Assembly: GCA_963693365.1 (NCBI GenBank)
Contig: CAVNZM010000005.1
Span: 1,736,001 to 1,800,000 of the forward strand
Source: Amoebidium appalachense
Taxonomy: Eukaryota; Protista; Ichthyosporea
Reading direction: 5' to 3'
DNA length: 64,000 nucleotides
A model generated the notes under the pieces. That model made no database searches and was not told the origin of the DNA. It saw only the letters and a program-made list of their open reading frames with translations. This document shows positions 33,124-64,000 of this stretch, in pieces. Each line of letters opens with the position of its first letter. Positions within the stretch are counted from its first letter, which is position 1. The translations under genes and the position numbers were made by a program.

Positions 33124-34810
33124 AGCCGGGGCTGTGCTGGACACCCCGGACCGGAAAGCACCACCAGTGACGGCCAAGACCAGACTCCATACGGCCCTAT
33201 CATCCACCCAAGCCGAACTCACAGGGGTACTACTAGCCCTCCTGCTCACCCCCACCCCCACCCCCATCCACATCAATCTCGATAACCTCGGAGTAGGCGA
33301 CCGATGGGGGGCAAACATGGACCCAACCACACCCCCTCGACGTAAGCTAAAGTTCCCCCACATAGTGGAATGGGCTCACGTACGAGACCAACTCTCCCTA
33401 CGGCAACCAGGCTCTGTACAGGTATCGTGGGTGAAGGGGCACCAATCCAACGCCAAACGGTACGGTCAACGGAATAACGAGGCAGACAAGGCAGCAAATG
33501 CAGGAAGAGCCCGGGGGGGGGGGTGGAAATACTTCCTACGACTACAAGGCCACCGTATCCCCGGCAACATTCCCGGTACACTGAACCGGTTGAACAAGGA
33601 CTTTCTCACCGACATGGCCGGCAAGACCAAGGCTATGTCCATACTAGCCGACCCCAGACTGCTCCCAGCCGAACGGAACCCCCCTCAAGCTCAACAAGGG
33701 GCCCGCACAGGCAACCATCGGGGCCGTCAGAGGCAACATTCGTAGCCTGTCCCTGGCCATGGGCACCCTGCCTACCATGACACGGCTACACCGAGATCAC
33801 CCCACCGTCGTTACACAGCCCACATGCCCCCGGTGCAGCCAGCACCCTGAGACCACCACCCACCTCTGGGCCTGCCCGGCCCATGCTGGGGAGGTCCCCA
33901 CCCTGACCACGGCCATCACAGCCTGCATCCACAACGTCCTGCACACTCGTCATCCAAACACCCCCACGGCACAGCACCACCATACGGCAGCCACGGTGGT
34001 AGACCAATGTGCATAGATAAACTGGATAGGAGGCAACGGTGACCCACCAGACCCCGAAGACATCAAGTGGGTCGAACGGGGATTCTGCCCACGATCGGTG
34101 GGCCCACTACTTGCAGCCACCGGCACCACCAAGACCACCCCCCGGGCCATCTTAGGAAGAATCACAGTAGAGTTGCAGTCCTTTTTCTTTTTAAAAATTT
34201 GGCACCCACGGAACACAACACTCCCCCCCACCCACCCCAAAATGCAAAAACACCACCATATACCCACCACCCGTAGAAAGAAAAGTATGGCTCCCCAAAA
34301 AACCAAGACACCAACAAATACACCCCCCACACACACCCGGCCAGCCTGTTCTGACTGCCGGAACACACACAGACCCAGTGTGCCCTGTAAAACCCACCTT
34401 TTAGTCCACAAAAACATCGCCACAACATAGGTACAACAACACATAATGTTAGGCAGCAAACCCCCACCACCACCACCGCCACACCCCATCATCCACCCAC
34501 CCACCGTAAATACTATACACAACACTTAGGACTTCCCAATACTGTAGATCGACCAACGAGAGCCCTCAGTTAACGTTTATTGCTAGGTTTTGAATGGAGG
34601 GGAGGACTGGAGCCTCCTGCCGGCGTGGCTGGGGTAGTAGCCCTGGGCAAAGTGTGTACTTATAGTTAGGTTGTGAAGGATGGTTTAGCTTAGCTGAACT
34701 CATAGATATCACCTTAACTAGTGTACTGTCGGTGCTGTGTGGTAGACGTTAGTTTCCCTAGAGGGCCTGAAAAGGCCCTCCGGGAACAAAACGTGATAAA
34801 ATAAAAGAAT

Positions 34811-34813
<3 letters not shown>
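33122..34813 (+). mobile_element. 5'-truncated, decayed non-LTR retrotransposon (RNase H + C-terminal zinc knuckle + 3' UTR), embedded in (CA)n
   Basis: RNase H motifs GAGAV, STQAEL.G...AL, I.LDN, VSWVKGH, N.EADKAA. After a frameshift near 33680: CPRC...ETTTHLWACP, then RG.CP and IW..RN. In-frame stop at 34014. A-rich end followed by (CA)n. Confidence 0.85.
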
Positions 34814-34900
<87 letters not shown>

Positions 34901-36199
34901 CACACACACGCACACACTGACACACACACACACACCCACACACACACACGCACGCACGCACACGCACGCACGCACACGAACGCACGCACACACACGCGCG
35001 CGCACACACGCACACACACACACATACACGCACACACACGAGCACACACACACACGAACACACACACGTACGCACACAAACACACGCACACACACGCACG
35101 CACGCACACACGCATCCGCACACACACACATCGCCACCACGTCGCCACAACACCACAACACCACGGCCACGTGATTTATGTGCGCGCATGCTAATATTAG
35201 CCTCAACTTTGAGCTGCAGCTGCGACAAAAGGGAAACTCTCACAGCGTAGCCAACTTTTGACTGCGAAAAAAATAATCCCAGTTCGCAAGGATGATTGGT
35301 CTTACGCGCACCAACATGGATCCCCTAAAACTCCTAGTTCAAGGCGGGTCGTCTACGGTAGCCACGCTCCCGATAAATCGAGGCCCCATTTCCACAATCC
35401 ACATGTGCGTAACTAGTAACTATGGAAAATGGAGCCTCGTTGTAACAGATTCCCTTTTTAGAGTGTAATTTGTTTGATTTTCCTATAATAGGGCAGCATG
35501 CAGCCCTATGTCTGTAACGGAATTTTACTTCGCCTTAATCTGGATACTAGAAATTCGTAAATCCCCTGTTACACACATCGGACCCGCCTCACACAAGTGG
35601 GTTTCTGGGGATCTCCACCATTTTTATTGATCCAATCAGCGTTCACCTCCTTCTTTATCGTTCGGACCGTTGGTCCGTCTGGCAAAGCTTTTCCCCGTTT
35701 ATACCTGAGTACTCGAAAAGAGCATAAGGTCTCGGTTATTTCACATTATCAAAGCTTCTTATAGGCTATAGGAATACGTGTGCCTTTCTGAGACACTGAG
35801 GGAACATCGGGAATTTGGGGGCCCTCCTCTGGAGCATCTGGGCCTAGGATATTTTTCAACAGCCACAGCTAACCAATGAAATATCGCACATATATCATTA
35901 GGAGTTAGTTATCGAACTGTTACGATTTAACCGAAGCCAAGTCACGCATCCCAACAGCCACGCAAACTTGGGATTGGCACAGCTGGCTTTTTGTCCGTCG
36001 TCACTACAAAATTCGAGTTCGTGTGACGCCTTTCATTTTTCAATCCTATACTAAACGAGTCAGGTCGTTTCGCTTCATCGTCTTCGTTCTCTCCTACATA
36101 ACTATCACCGCTTTTGAAGGTTTCTTACATTGCCTGAAGATTTAGCGTTGGTTTTGTGGTGAAAGTGTAGGAGAAGCCCGCTTTGAGTGTAGCTCAAAA

Positions 36200-39100
36200 A
36201 TGGCGACCAAAATTGCTGCCAAGGTGCAGGGCATGCAGGTCCTTCACGGCATCAAGAAAACCATTAACAACATCAGCACACAGAGCGCCTTGACCTCCGA
36301 CCCTCAGTTTAACTCCACATTGGCGTCTTTCAAGCAGTCTCTCACACAGGTAACTGATGCCTGTAAGGGCTAATTAGAGTTGGTCACACGTGTATGGGGG
36401 TATAGGTGTCGATTTGCTATCCCTTCTGATACGGTTCAACACCACGAGAGTTATGGCTTTACCGGGAAAACGACAGCTAAAAACGTCAGAAATCAATTTT
36501 TCTCACCTCCTGACGTGATATTTTTTGGCCGTGAATATTGCGTCGTTTAAGGTCAACGAGTTCGAGTTTGCTGGGCACGTAACTTGGATGCTCGGACACC
36601 CTTGTGTGCACACTGGATGGAGCAACTCGGAAACCCCGGATATTATCAAGTCGACCTTTTCACAACCTCATCGAGAGTTCTAAGTTATATTCTAATATAG
36701 GTCACATTTTTTTAACGGCAATGAACCAAACGTTCTATTTAATTAAGCACTTCGACCAGTAAGTTTGTTTCTCATGCAAAGTTGAAAAAATCTGCTCATG
36801 GAAACATGCCCAGGTTTTTACAAAAGAAAGCTGAATCTATTTAACCACGTGCACCGAGCGCTCCTGCAGAGGTGTACTTCAAGGTTCTCGTACTATATCG
36901 GTGGAAGTGATATTGTTTCAGTGGTATTTAGACACCGAGTTAGGATTCAGAAGGGTCAGTTGCATGCTCTTTTTTTGCCTGGCTTGTTGTACACCGCCAA
37001 AGACCTACAGTAGTTCATACACAGTGTAGGCCAACATCACTCGTGAAGCTTTTGAAACAAAGAACTAACAGAATTGAGGATAGAGTTTGAAGCCTGTTGC
37101 TTCTTGCCGTAAAACAAATTACTTGGTACTGTTGAACTTTGGTTTGCTACCAAGAAACTCCAAGGGCTCCACTGATACTATATTTAAATCCCTTACACTA
37201 TCGGAACATCCTAATCATATTTTGAATGATCTCTGAAAAACGACTTTGAGGCTTCACGTGTAAAAAAAAAAAAACACTATTCTACTGACTATGTCACACT
37301 AACATCTGCATCAAATTTCAGGCACAAAACATACAGACAGCCATCAAGGGCAACCGTCAAGCATGGGACTCTGTTCGCAAGAACATGCGCGGTACCCTTG
37401 ACGGTGTGTACGAGTCCTTTGGTGACGGAGAGGGAGGAAGGGCACGGAGCATTGCAGCAGACGCCATCCATGCCGTCAACAAGTGGGACACACTGGTCAA
37501 AGATGCACGTGACGGAAACACGAGCCTGTCTGGGCATGTGGCCCGTATCAACGAAGCTGAGCGCATGCTTGACAGCTACATTGCATATGTGGGCATTGTG
37601 TCGAAAAAGGTAGCCGCAACGACTTTCCCTAATTGTTTGTGTGATATTTATGAACTAATTAGATTCGTCTCTCTCTGTCTCCCTCTCTCTCCCTTCCCCC
37701 AATCCTCCCCTCCCTCCTCCAAAAAAAAAATATCCTTTTCCTCGCCTTTTTGCTCTTGTGAATCCACTCTTCCCCGTTGACACGCGCCTCCGAAGTTTTC
37801 TGTGCATCATTCTTTAGGCTATTCAAGCTGCTTTCTGCGCATCCGGTACCTCCTCGATTCCCTCTCCTTCAACAACCATCATATTCTTCTCTCCCCTCTT
37901 CTAAGCTACGGCACCACCCCTGCCCTTTCCCTCCTCCCTCTCCTCCCCCATCCGCCCCCCCCCCTCCCCCCCCCCCCCCTCCCCTCCCCCCCCCTCCCTC
38001 CCCTCCCTCCCTCCCCTTCCCCTCCCCACCCTTCCGCTTCGTGCTCCTCCTCCTACTCTCCACGTCCTCTCCCTCTCTCCACTTCCCCCCACATCGCTCC
38101 ATTGGTGCCGGTAGCTCCTTCCTTCCTTTAAATTGTGGCATCATAGCGCACAAACTTACTCGCAGAAAAACAACGCAGCTGCAAACATACAATAACCAGA
38201 CACCCTCTTTTTTGATAGACCCACTCCCTCCAAACCTCCCCTCCCCCCCCCCCCCCCCCCCCCCCTTTCCCCACCACCACTACCACCAGAAAACGAGAAA
38301 CAGGCAAGGGAGGCCGGGAGACACTCGATACTCTCTGAGTATTCTCACTAGGTATCCCGTTACAGGTGCAGAAGAGGGAGACGGTCAAGGGAGAGCTAGA
38401 TTACTACCGCAACAAGGCCGACCAGTGCATCAATTCGACCAAGCAGAAGGACCAGGACAAGCTCGCAAGGGCAGAGACCAAGGTCGAGGATCTGCAGGTG
38501 AGCCTTTCATATCACATTTTGTTTTACTTGGAGCACGACCGAGTTGTATTTTGAGGCGGGAAAATTACGTTCTTAATCGTTCAGCAGTCATGCATGCTTT
38601 GTCCTCCCCCCTCCCTCCCCCCCCCCCCCCCCCCCCTCCCATCTCTCCCTCCCCATTTACCCCCCCCCCCCCCCCACCCCGACCCCTAAGCACTCCCCCC
38701 CCCCCCCCCCCTCTCTCCCTCCTTAGCCCCTCCCCCCCCTCCCCCCTCCCCCCCCCCCCCCCCCCGCCCCCCCATCCCCTCCCTGCTAATATGAAGATCA
38801 CCACCAGCCCAACACAAACCCACTCATTCCCTGGCCCTCTATATCGTCATATGGCCTTACTTAACCTTCCGTTTTCAAGCTACAGCATGCCTGCATTGGC
38901 GATGTAACGTTACATAGTGGAAATTAAGAGGGACACATGTGTAATGAGATGTTAAGAGCCAGTCAGCTTGTAGTGGCTCTTGGCCATAATTAATGCACAT
39001 TCGTAACTGTCAATAACAATTTTGAATTCACAGGCTGAATTCGACGCGCTGAGCGAGGAAACTTACAACGACATGGTTCGGGGGCTGAAGCTGAAAGAGC

Positions 39101-40716
39101 GCATCTTCTCCTGCACAGTTGCTGCCTATCTTGATTTCCAGCGCCGTTCCATCGATGCATTTGCGCTGTTTGTCAAGACTGCCGACGACTGCAAGGATGT
39201 GGTTGATAGCGAGTGGCCCACGGAGGAGGATTTTGCAGTGAACCCGGTTCAGAAGAAGATATCACCTGATGGCACCCCCGTGGGTTCAAGCAGCTCTGCA
39301 TCCCTCTCGGTGAGTTGCCAACATCATAGTGATTTTGTTGGCTCAGTGGTGGGCGATTCTGATCATGATTGTTTTTTGGACGGCTTGTACACGCAAAGTG
39401 CGTGTTCATTAGCAGTTGAGAAAGCCCAATGGTTTTCTTTGGATAGAACTTCGGCGTGGTTTGACTCTATTGTATACGCGACTTATTCCTTTTGTGTGGC
39501 AGGTTTTGTGGATTCCAAACAGTTGAGTTTTCTTGGACAATGGCTCGTGGGACTCTTGGATGTCGAAGGACGAAGGAGAGGGATGGAACAGGAAAGAAGT
39601 AGGGGTTCAGGGGATCAAAGCTTAGAAGAGAAGAATGTCCACTGACATTTCCATTTTTTGGAGACAAGCTTCATACTCTCATTCGAAATCATTCTAAACC
39701 CAATCCTTTCTCCAGCGCACCCGTAGCCGTGCAGCGAGTAACAGCCAGCGTGATCGTGACAGCATCACTGACCACGATGCCGGGGACTTCAGCTGCAACT
39801 CTGCTTCTAGCCTGGCCTCCCAGAGTGAGGGTGTCATCCGCCCTGTGCGGCCACGTGCCCCTGTCCTTCCCGCTGCCACTCCCAACGATGCAAACTTCAT
39901 TCCTAGCCGTCCGCCTCCCCCTACCTCTGCCCCTCTCCCAACCACTGATGCAGAGCCTAAAGTTCCTCCACGCCGCACTCTGTCCGCCATGTCTTCCGCT
40001 CCCGCTGCAGCCCCCCGTCCAGGCTCGGTTTTGGGCAGCGCCAGTGCTGATCAGTCGTCTGTGCCCACCCCTGCACCCAAGCCCACTGCTGCTGTCCGTC
40101 CTCGTTCCCCGCCAGCTGTAGCTCCCACCAACGAGACACCCAAAGTACCCGCACCCATGCCTCCTCGCCCTGCACGCCTTGGGGGTCTCTTCACTGTTCA
40201 GGCTACGCATGACTTTGTGGGGCAGGTATGTGCTGGAGTTGTTACGGGGTTTTGTGTCGGGCACAATTCGGGAAACTAGTATGTTGGAGCTCTTTGCACA
40301 GCTGCACAGTCTTTTTGCGCACCGTGATGCATGAGTTCGGTGCTAAGTGTGCTCGGGCATTCCCCCCCCACCTCTCCCAACCTCCCACCTTTTTTTTTTT
40401 AGAAAAGAAGAAGAAGAAGAAGAAGAAGGAAAAAAATCTTGGGAGTCTATAACAGTTTCAACGTCCTCTACTGCGATCTTCGGGTGGTTACTGACCTCTC
40501 CGGGGAAAGCGGAGGGGGGGGAGGGGGGAGGGAGGGGGAGGGGGGGGGGGGGAGGGGAGGGAGGGATACAAGGGAGGGAAACAGGGGAAGGGTGGAGGAA
40601 CAGGGAGGGGGGGGGGGGGGGGGGGGGGGGGGGAGTCGGATCCGACGTGGGTGAGTTGTGCTTCAGCGCTGAGAGGGGGGGGAGGGGGGGGTTCAGAGAA
40701 GGATTGGGGGGGTTTG

Positions 40717-40747
<31 letters not shown>

Positions 40748-41071
40748 AATTTTGAGCTTGAAGTAGGAGGAAAACTTCGAACGGCCTATAGTTCGGCTCG
40801 ACCGTGCTGTACCTATAAGACGGGGAAGGAGGGTCTTGTTGCGCTTTTTTGCGCCAATTGAATTTAGTTGGTAGTTTTGGTTAATTTATTTAGTTAATTG
40901 AATTTAGGTTTGAAATCCTCTGTTTGTCTGCAGGAGACCGGTGATCTGGGGTTCAGCAAGGGAGACCAGATTGTTGTTCTGCAGGTCATCGATGACAACT
41001 GGTACAAGGGCTCCCTCGGCGGTGCACAAGGGATCTTCCCAGCAGCCTTTGTCGAGAAACTTGCCGCCTAA
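36200..41071 (+). CDS. BAR domain + Pro-rich linker + C-terminal SH3 protein (amphiphysin/endophilin-like architecture), spliced
   Basis: Exons 36200-36349, 37322-37609, 38366-38497, 39034-39309, ~39716-40226, 40934-41071, all phase 0. BAR-like KRE..K.ELDYYR.K...KD.DKL.RAE..EFDAL; SH3 VQATHDFVGQETGDLGFSKGDQIVVL..DDNWYKG...GIFPAAFV. Confidence 0.88.
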
Positions 41072-42195
41072 GGCACAGGCACAATGCAACATAACTAGAT
41101 TGATATCATCCGAACAATATAGCAGTATCGTATGCACCTACCATTACACAGCACACTAAATAATGTATTGGTCGCCAGACCTGCGCTCAAAAACACCGGT
41201 GAGCGGTTATCAACATAATCCCAAAACACCTCCTACCGATGACTGCATCCATGACTGCATCTCAATTAGTAATAGAACTGGTGGCAGAACACAACTCGTC
41301 ACCCAGGAATAACAGACCCTCCTAATCCCATTTATTAAACCATAGCAGTACCTATGCAGTATTCACGGCTGTCAGAAACTACACATCAAATAACCAAATA
41401 AATTAAATGTCATGGGGCATAATATTAAGTTGTGTGTTCGATAGGGTTGCAACAAACCCTTTGTCAAAACCCGTTTCTTCCCGTGCATGTCTTTGTTGTG
41501 TGTGCATCCGCACAGCACTTCAGCATAACATGGCCTGTGTGTGGGCAGCTTCTACTGTACGTGGTGTGTCTAGAACGATAGAGATGATCAGTGGGAGTCA
41601 CGTGCTCCATGTGTGTGTGTGTGTGTGTGCGCGCGTGCGCGCATTATGGTAGATGTTTGTTTACTCGCAGGCTACAAATATACCACGGTTACAGTAGCAC
41701 ATGTGCATTCAGCAGACAGTGTGAATGTAGTGTTGTGTCATCCATTGCAGGTCGAATGCACCATAAGGGATTTTGAATTTTAAATGGGAGGGGGGGAAAG
41801 AGGGGGGGAATAGTAAATATCGACGTCCCCCCTGGTGGTACCACCCTTCCCCCTCCCCCGTCCCCCCCTTACCCAAGGTAGTAACAGGGGTGGGTGGGTA
41901 CCCCCCCCCCCCCCCCCCCCCCCGGCACCCCCCGCTCCCCTTTCCCCTCCCCCCCCGTGCACGCGTGCGCGTAATCATAGTCATAATCTCCTTTCCATCC
42001 ACCAAGGGTTGTATTCGTTTTGCAAAGTTTCGTTTTTTCCTTTCTTTTTTTTTTCTTTACTTTTCTTTTTTTAAGGAGTTGCATCCGTTTTGGCCACTGA
42101 TACATATGGCGATGCATATCCCCCCTCCCTTCCCACCCCCCCACCCCCACACACACACATACGTACACACACGCACACTCACATATACACACACG

Positions 42196-42286
<91 letters not shown>

Positions 42287-42557
42287 GACACACTTCCCAT
42301 CCGTTCGTGCTGGTGAGCTTCTGCTGCCGGAAGCATACTCTTTGACAAGTTCTTTGCAAGGTCTGCTTTGTGTTGTCCGTGGCAATTTAATGTGCACTAT
42401 ATGCTCTATAAAATTTGCTAACGACCCCCCCTCCCCCCCCCTGCCCTTCCCTCCCCACTCAACTCCTCCCCCCCCCCCCCCCCCTCCCTTCACCCTGCTA
42501 CGCAAGCAAATGCACGTTCACACGCGCACACATACATACACACTCACAATACACACT

Positions 42558-42592
<35 letters not shown>

Positions 42593-42599
42593 AAAAACA

Positions 42600-42642
<43 letters not shown>

Positions 42643-42882
42643 ACACATACACACATGCAACGGTCAACTATTTCTATCCATGAATTATTGTGGGAAAGGT
42701 TATCGTGCTCACCGTGCAGTGTTGGTGTACGTATCTGTGTGGCAGAGAATGTGTGTGGGGTGTGGGTGAGTGTATCTGCATGTTCATGCTGTCGGGTGCT
42801 CATCGCTGGGCAAAGTTTGTGCCCCTCGTGTGCGTGTGTGGTACATGTGTGTGCAGGTACGTGTGAATTGAATACGTGTGGA

Positions 42883-42922
<40 letters not shown>

Positions 42923-43247
42923 TTTCGAGGGAGGGAGGGAGGGAGAGAACATGTAGGGGAGGGGGGGGGGGGGGGGGGGAGGGGGATGCTGAGGAAGGTC
43001 GAGAACGAACAGGAAGGGAAGGCATGGGTGTGTGAAGGCGAGAGGAGGGGGGGAGGAAGGGGGGGGGGGGATATGAGCGTGGCGAAAGGGTAAGGAGGTG
43101 GGGGGGGGGGGGGGGGGGGGGGCTCGGGGGAGGGTCAGAGAGTAAGGAGGGGGGAAGGTCTTGGTGTCGCGTGTGTGTGTGTGTGTGGGGGGGGGGGGGG
43201 GGCTGACGGAGGGACGGAGAGTACGGAGAGGGAATGTGTGTGTGTGT

Positions 43248-43278
<31 letters not shown>

Positions 43279-43824
43279 GATATAGGGGTTGCTGAGGGTC
43301 GAGGCGGCAGAAAGGGTACCGAGACAGGGAAGGGTAGGGGAGGGGAGGAGGAGGGAAGAGTTTGTGCGTGTGTGTGTGGGGGGGGGAGGGGGGGGGGGGG
43401 GGGGGGGGTAGGGGGAAGGGAGAAATGCCCGGGAAAGGAAGGAGGACCTCTTCAGTATCATATGTTGGCGCTGATTTAAAATGATGCCACAGTTGGTCAA
43501 CATTCATTTATAGACTATTATTGTTTAGGTAACACAGCATTCATTCTATATTTCATTATTAGTGACAGTCTATAATAATCCACTAAGTAGTAACTTCCCA
43601 ACCGTAATACAACCCTACAACTCAGGTTGAAGATGGCCCCTCCTCCTGTTTTGAGATCCCTTAGAATCGCCCCATATTTCGTTTTGAGCTCAGCTCCCGC
43701 GTCCGTACTCAAGTATGCTTGGAGAGCTTTGTGATCAGTTCAAACGTTTTTCCACCGGCCTAAAGTTGTGTGCGCAAGCTCTCTCTTTCTCTATTTAGCC
43801 TCAATAAAGGCAGCTTTGGGTTAT

Positions 43825-43861
<37 letters not shown>

Positions 43862-45113
43862 ATCTCTCTCACCCACTCCTCCCACCCCCTTTCTCACCTT
43901 CCTCCTGTATATGTACAGCTTGTGTGGTCCTGAGCCTTAGCAACACTTTGCCACAGGCATACTTTTTCATGGGCACCCCACCAACACGCAGCCAAACACA
44001 TGCAAAAGAAGTTTTTAGGTCCACGATGGTAGAAAGATCTTTGGCAAACCAGCCACCTGTTTGCGTCCTACTGCTGTTTTCACCTTGCCACTGCATGAAA
44101 GCCTGATGCAGAAAGCACATAACATCCATAGCCACTATCTTCTCACTTATATTTGTACGTTCTGGATGCTCCAAACCAAGTCGATAAAAGGTGTATTGCC
44201 GATGATGAATTGTTTCGACTAGATCTTATCTATCTTATGAACTACCTCACTAACTATGTCCCTTTGGTAGGAACTGTTGAACGCATAGAAAAACATATAA
44301 AAGTGTCTCAGGGTCCCCGTCCGAGTATGTGTTCGCTTTGTGCTGTTCTGGTTACTACGGGCTCTTACTAGTGACCTAGTATATAACAAACGCAAAACCT
44401 TTTTTCGCTCGCACTTCTGCCTGTGAGAAACAGGCTTCAAGCGGAAAACTGCTTAGCGGCAGAAATCGGGACCAATCGAGTGTTTGCGCAATCACGCTGA
44501 TCTCTGATGACTCATTGACAGGTGCCACATGGGAATTTAATGATGCGATAAAATGCGTCTCCCAATCCCTGCCTTAGATTTATAACCATAAATGACTTAA
44601 AAATTCGCGCTCCGAAGTCGATCCAATCAGATCTCTCTTCAGGAGGAAGCTGTGGAATTTCCCGGGTGGCTCACTGAGTTGGTATGATAGCCCAAAGCAG
44701 TAGACATTTTCACAGGCGTTATAAACCTTTTGGCTTATAAAACACCACATGATGATGTCATTACTTGCAGACTAAATATGTATACGTCGAACCTGTCACC
44801 TGTGTGTCCACTCACCACAGTTGTCACTTCAAGAAAGCAGGAGAGCGGAGAGGACTTTTAAGTTCATGTCGTTCATTCATTGTTTCAAACCACTTTAGCG
44901 TTATTGTGTAAGTGGCCAAGGGCCACACTACAACAGAGTTAGAACGCCTTTTATGTGACGAACTACTTGTTTTATGCTCGCGTTACAAAATTACTTCCCT
45001 AAGATCCAGTTCATATCCTGGGCTTGAATCGAGCTGCAATTAGGGGTAAACTCTCTCGCTTTGTTGTGCTGTAAGGAATGGCTTTGATTTTTGTAAGGTA
45101 GTAATAGCAAATA

Positions 45114-63246
<18,133 letters not shown>

Positions 63247-63255
63247 TATGCAACA

Positions 63256-63301
<46 letters not shown>

Positions 63302-63380
63302 AAAAAAAAAAAAAAAAAGTGTGTGGGCGTGTTCTTTCCTTTCTTCCTTTTCCTCCCTTTCTTTCTTCCTTTATTTCTTC

Positions 63381-63423
<43 letters not shown>

Positions 63424-63808
63424 TCACTTATACCTCTCCCCAACCCACCCACCATGCCCCCCTTTTTCCTCTTTTCCTGCCATCCTAGCGAGTCAACTCC
63501 AATCATCCTCACTCAACGACATCATCACTGCTCTGAACCCACGGTAGGGGGCAAGGGGGCAGGGAAGGGCAGGCTGTCTCAGACATTTGGATAGGGGAAA
63601 GGGAGAGGGGGAGGGGGTGGGGGCGATTGAGGGGTCGATGGGGTGTTCGAACGTAAATGTGTTCAGTGTCGGCTAACATATGTACATTCCCTTTGCCATT
63701 ATTATGTCCAATATCATGTCTTCGCTCCGTTTTGTGCACGTGTGTGTATGAGCGTACAATGCACGCACGTTTGTTTTTGTGTTATGTGCCTGTGTATGCC
63801 TGTGTGCT

Positions 63809-63991
<183 letters not shown>

Positions 63992-64000
63992 ACGCGCGCG

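Overview
Repeat-saturated, intron-rich eukaryotic DNA. The gene set looks holozoan/opisthokont-like; that is inference, not an identification. Almost all ORFs in the supplied track are microsatellite or homopolymer artefacts. Splicing exons by eye gives five genes: the 3' part of a DENND6/FAM116 homologue (+), a CERT-like START protein with no visible PH domain (-), a RhoGAP with a split GAP domain (+, tRNA-Ala(AGC) in an intron), a BAR-SH3 protein (+), and an FMN/cappuccino-like formin (+, runs off the window). A decayed RNase H/zinc-knuckle non-LTR retrotransposon sits in (CA)n. The most striking signal is an intronic repeat family: a 453-bp unit in ~3.1 tandem copies at 49.7-51.1 kb plus dispersed copies. 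It carries a covarying RNA structure with the hammerhead core elements (CUGAGGA, GAAA, GUU) in a non-canonical, pseudoknotted strand order, so it is a candidate new ribozyme topology or retrozyme-like element. No activity is shown.
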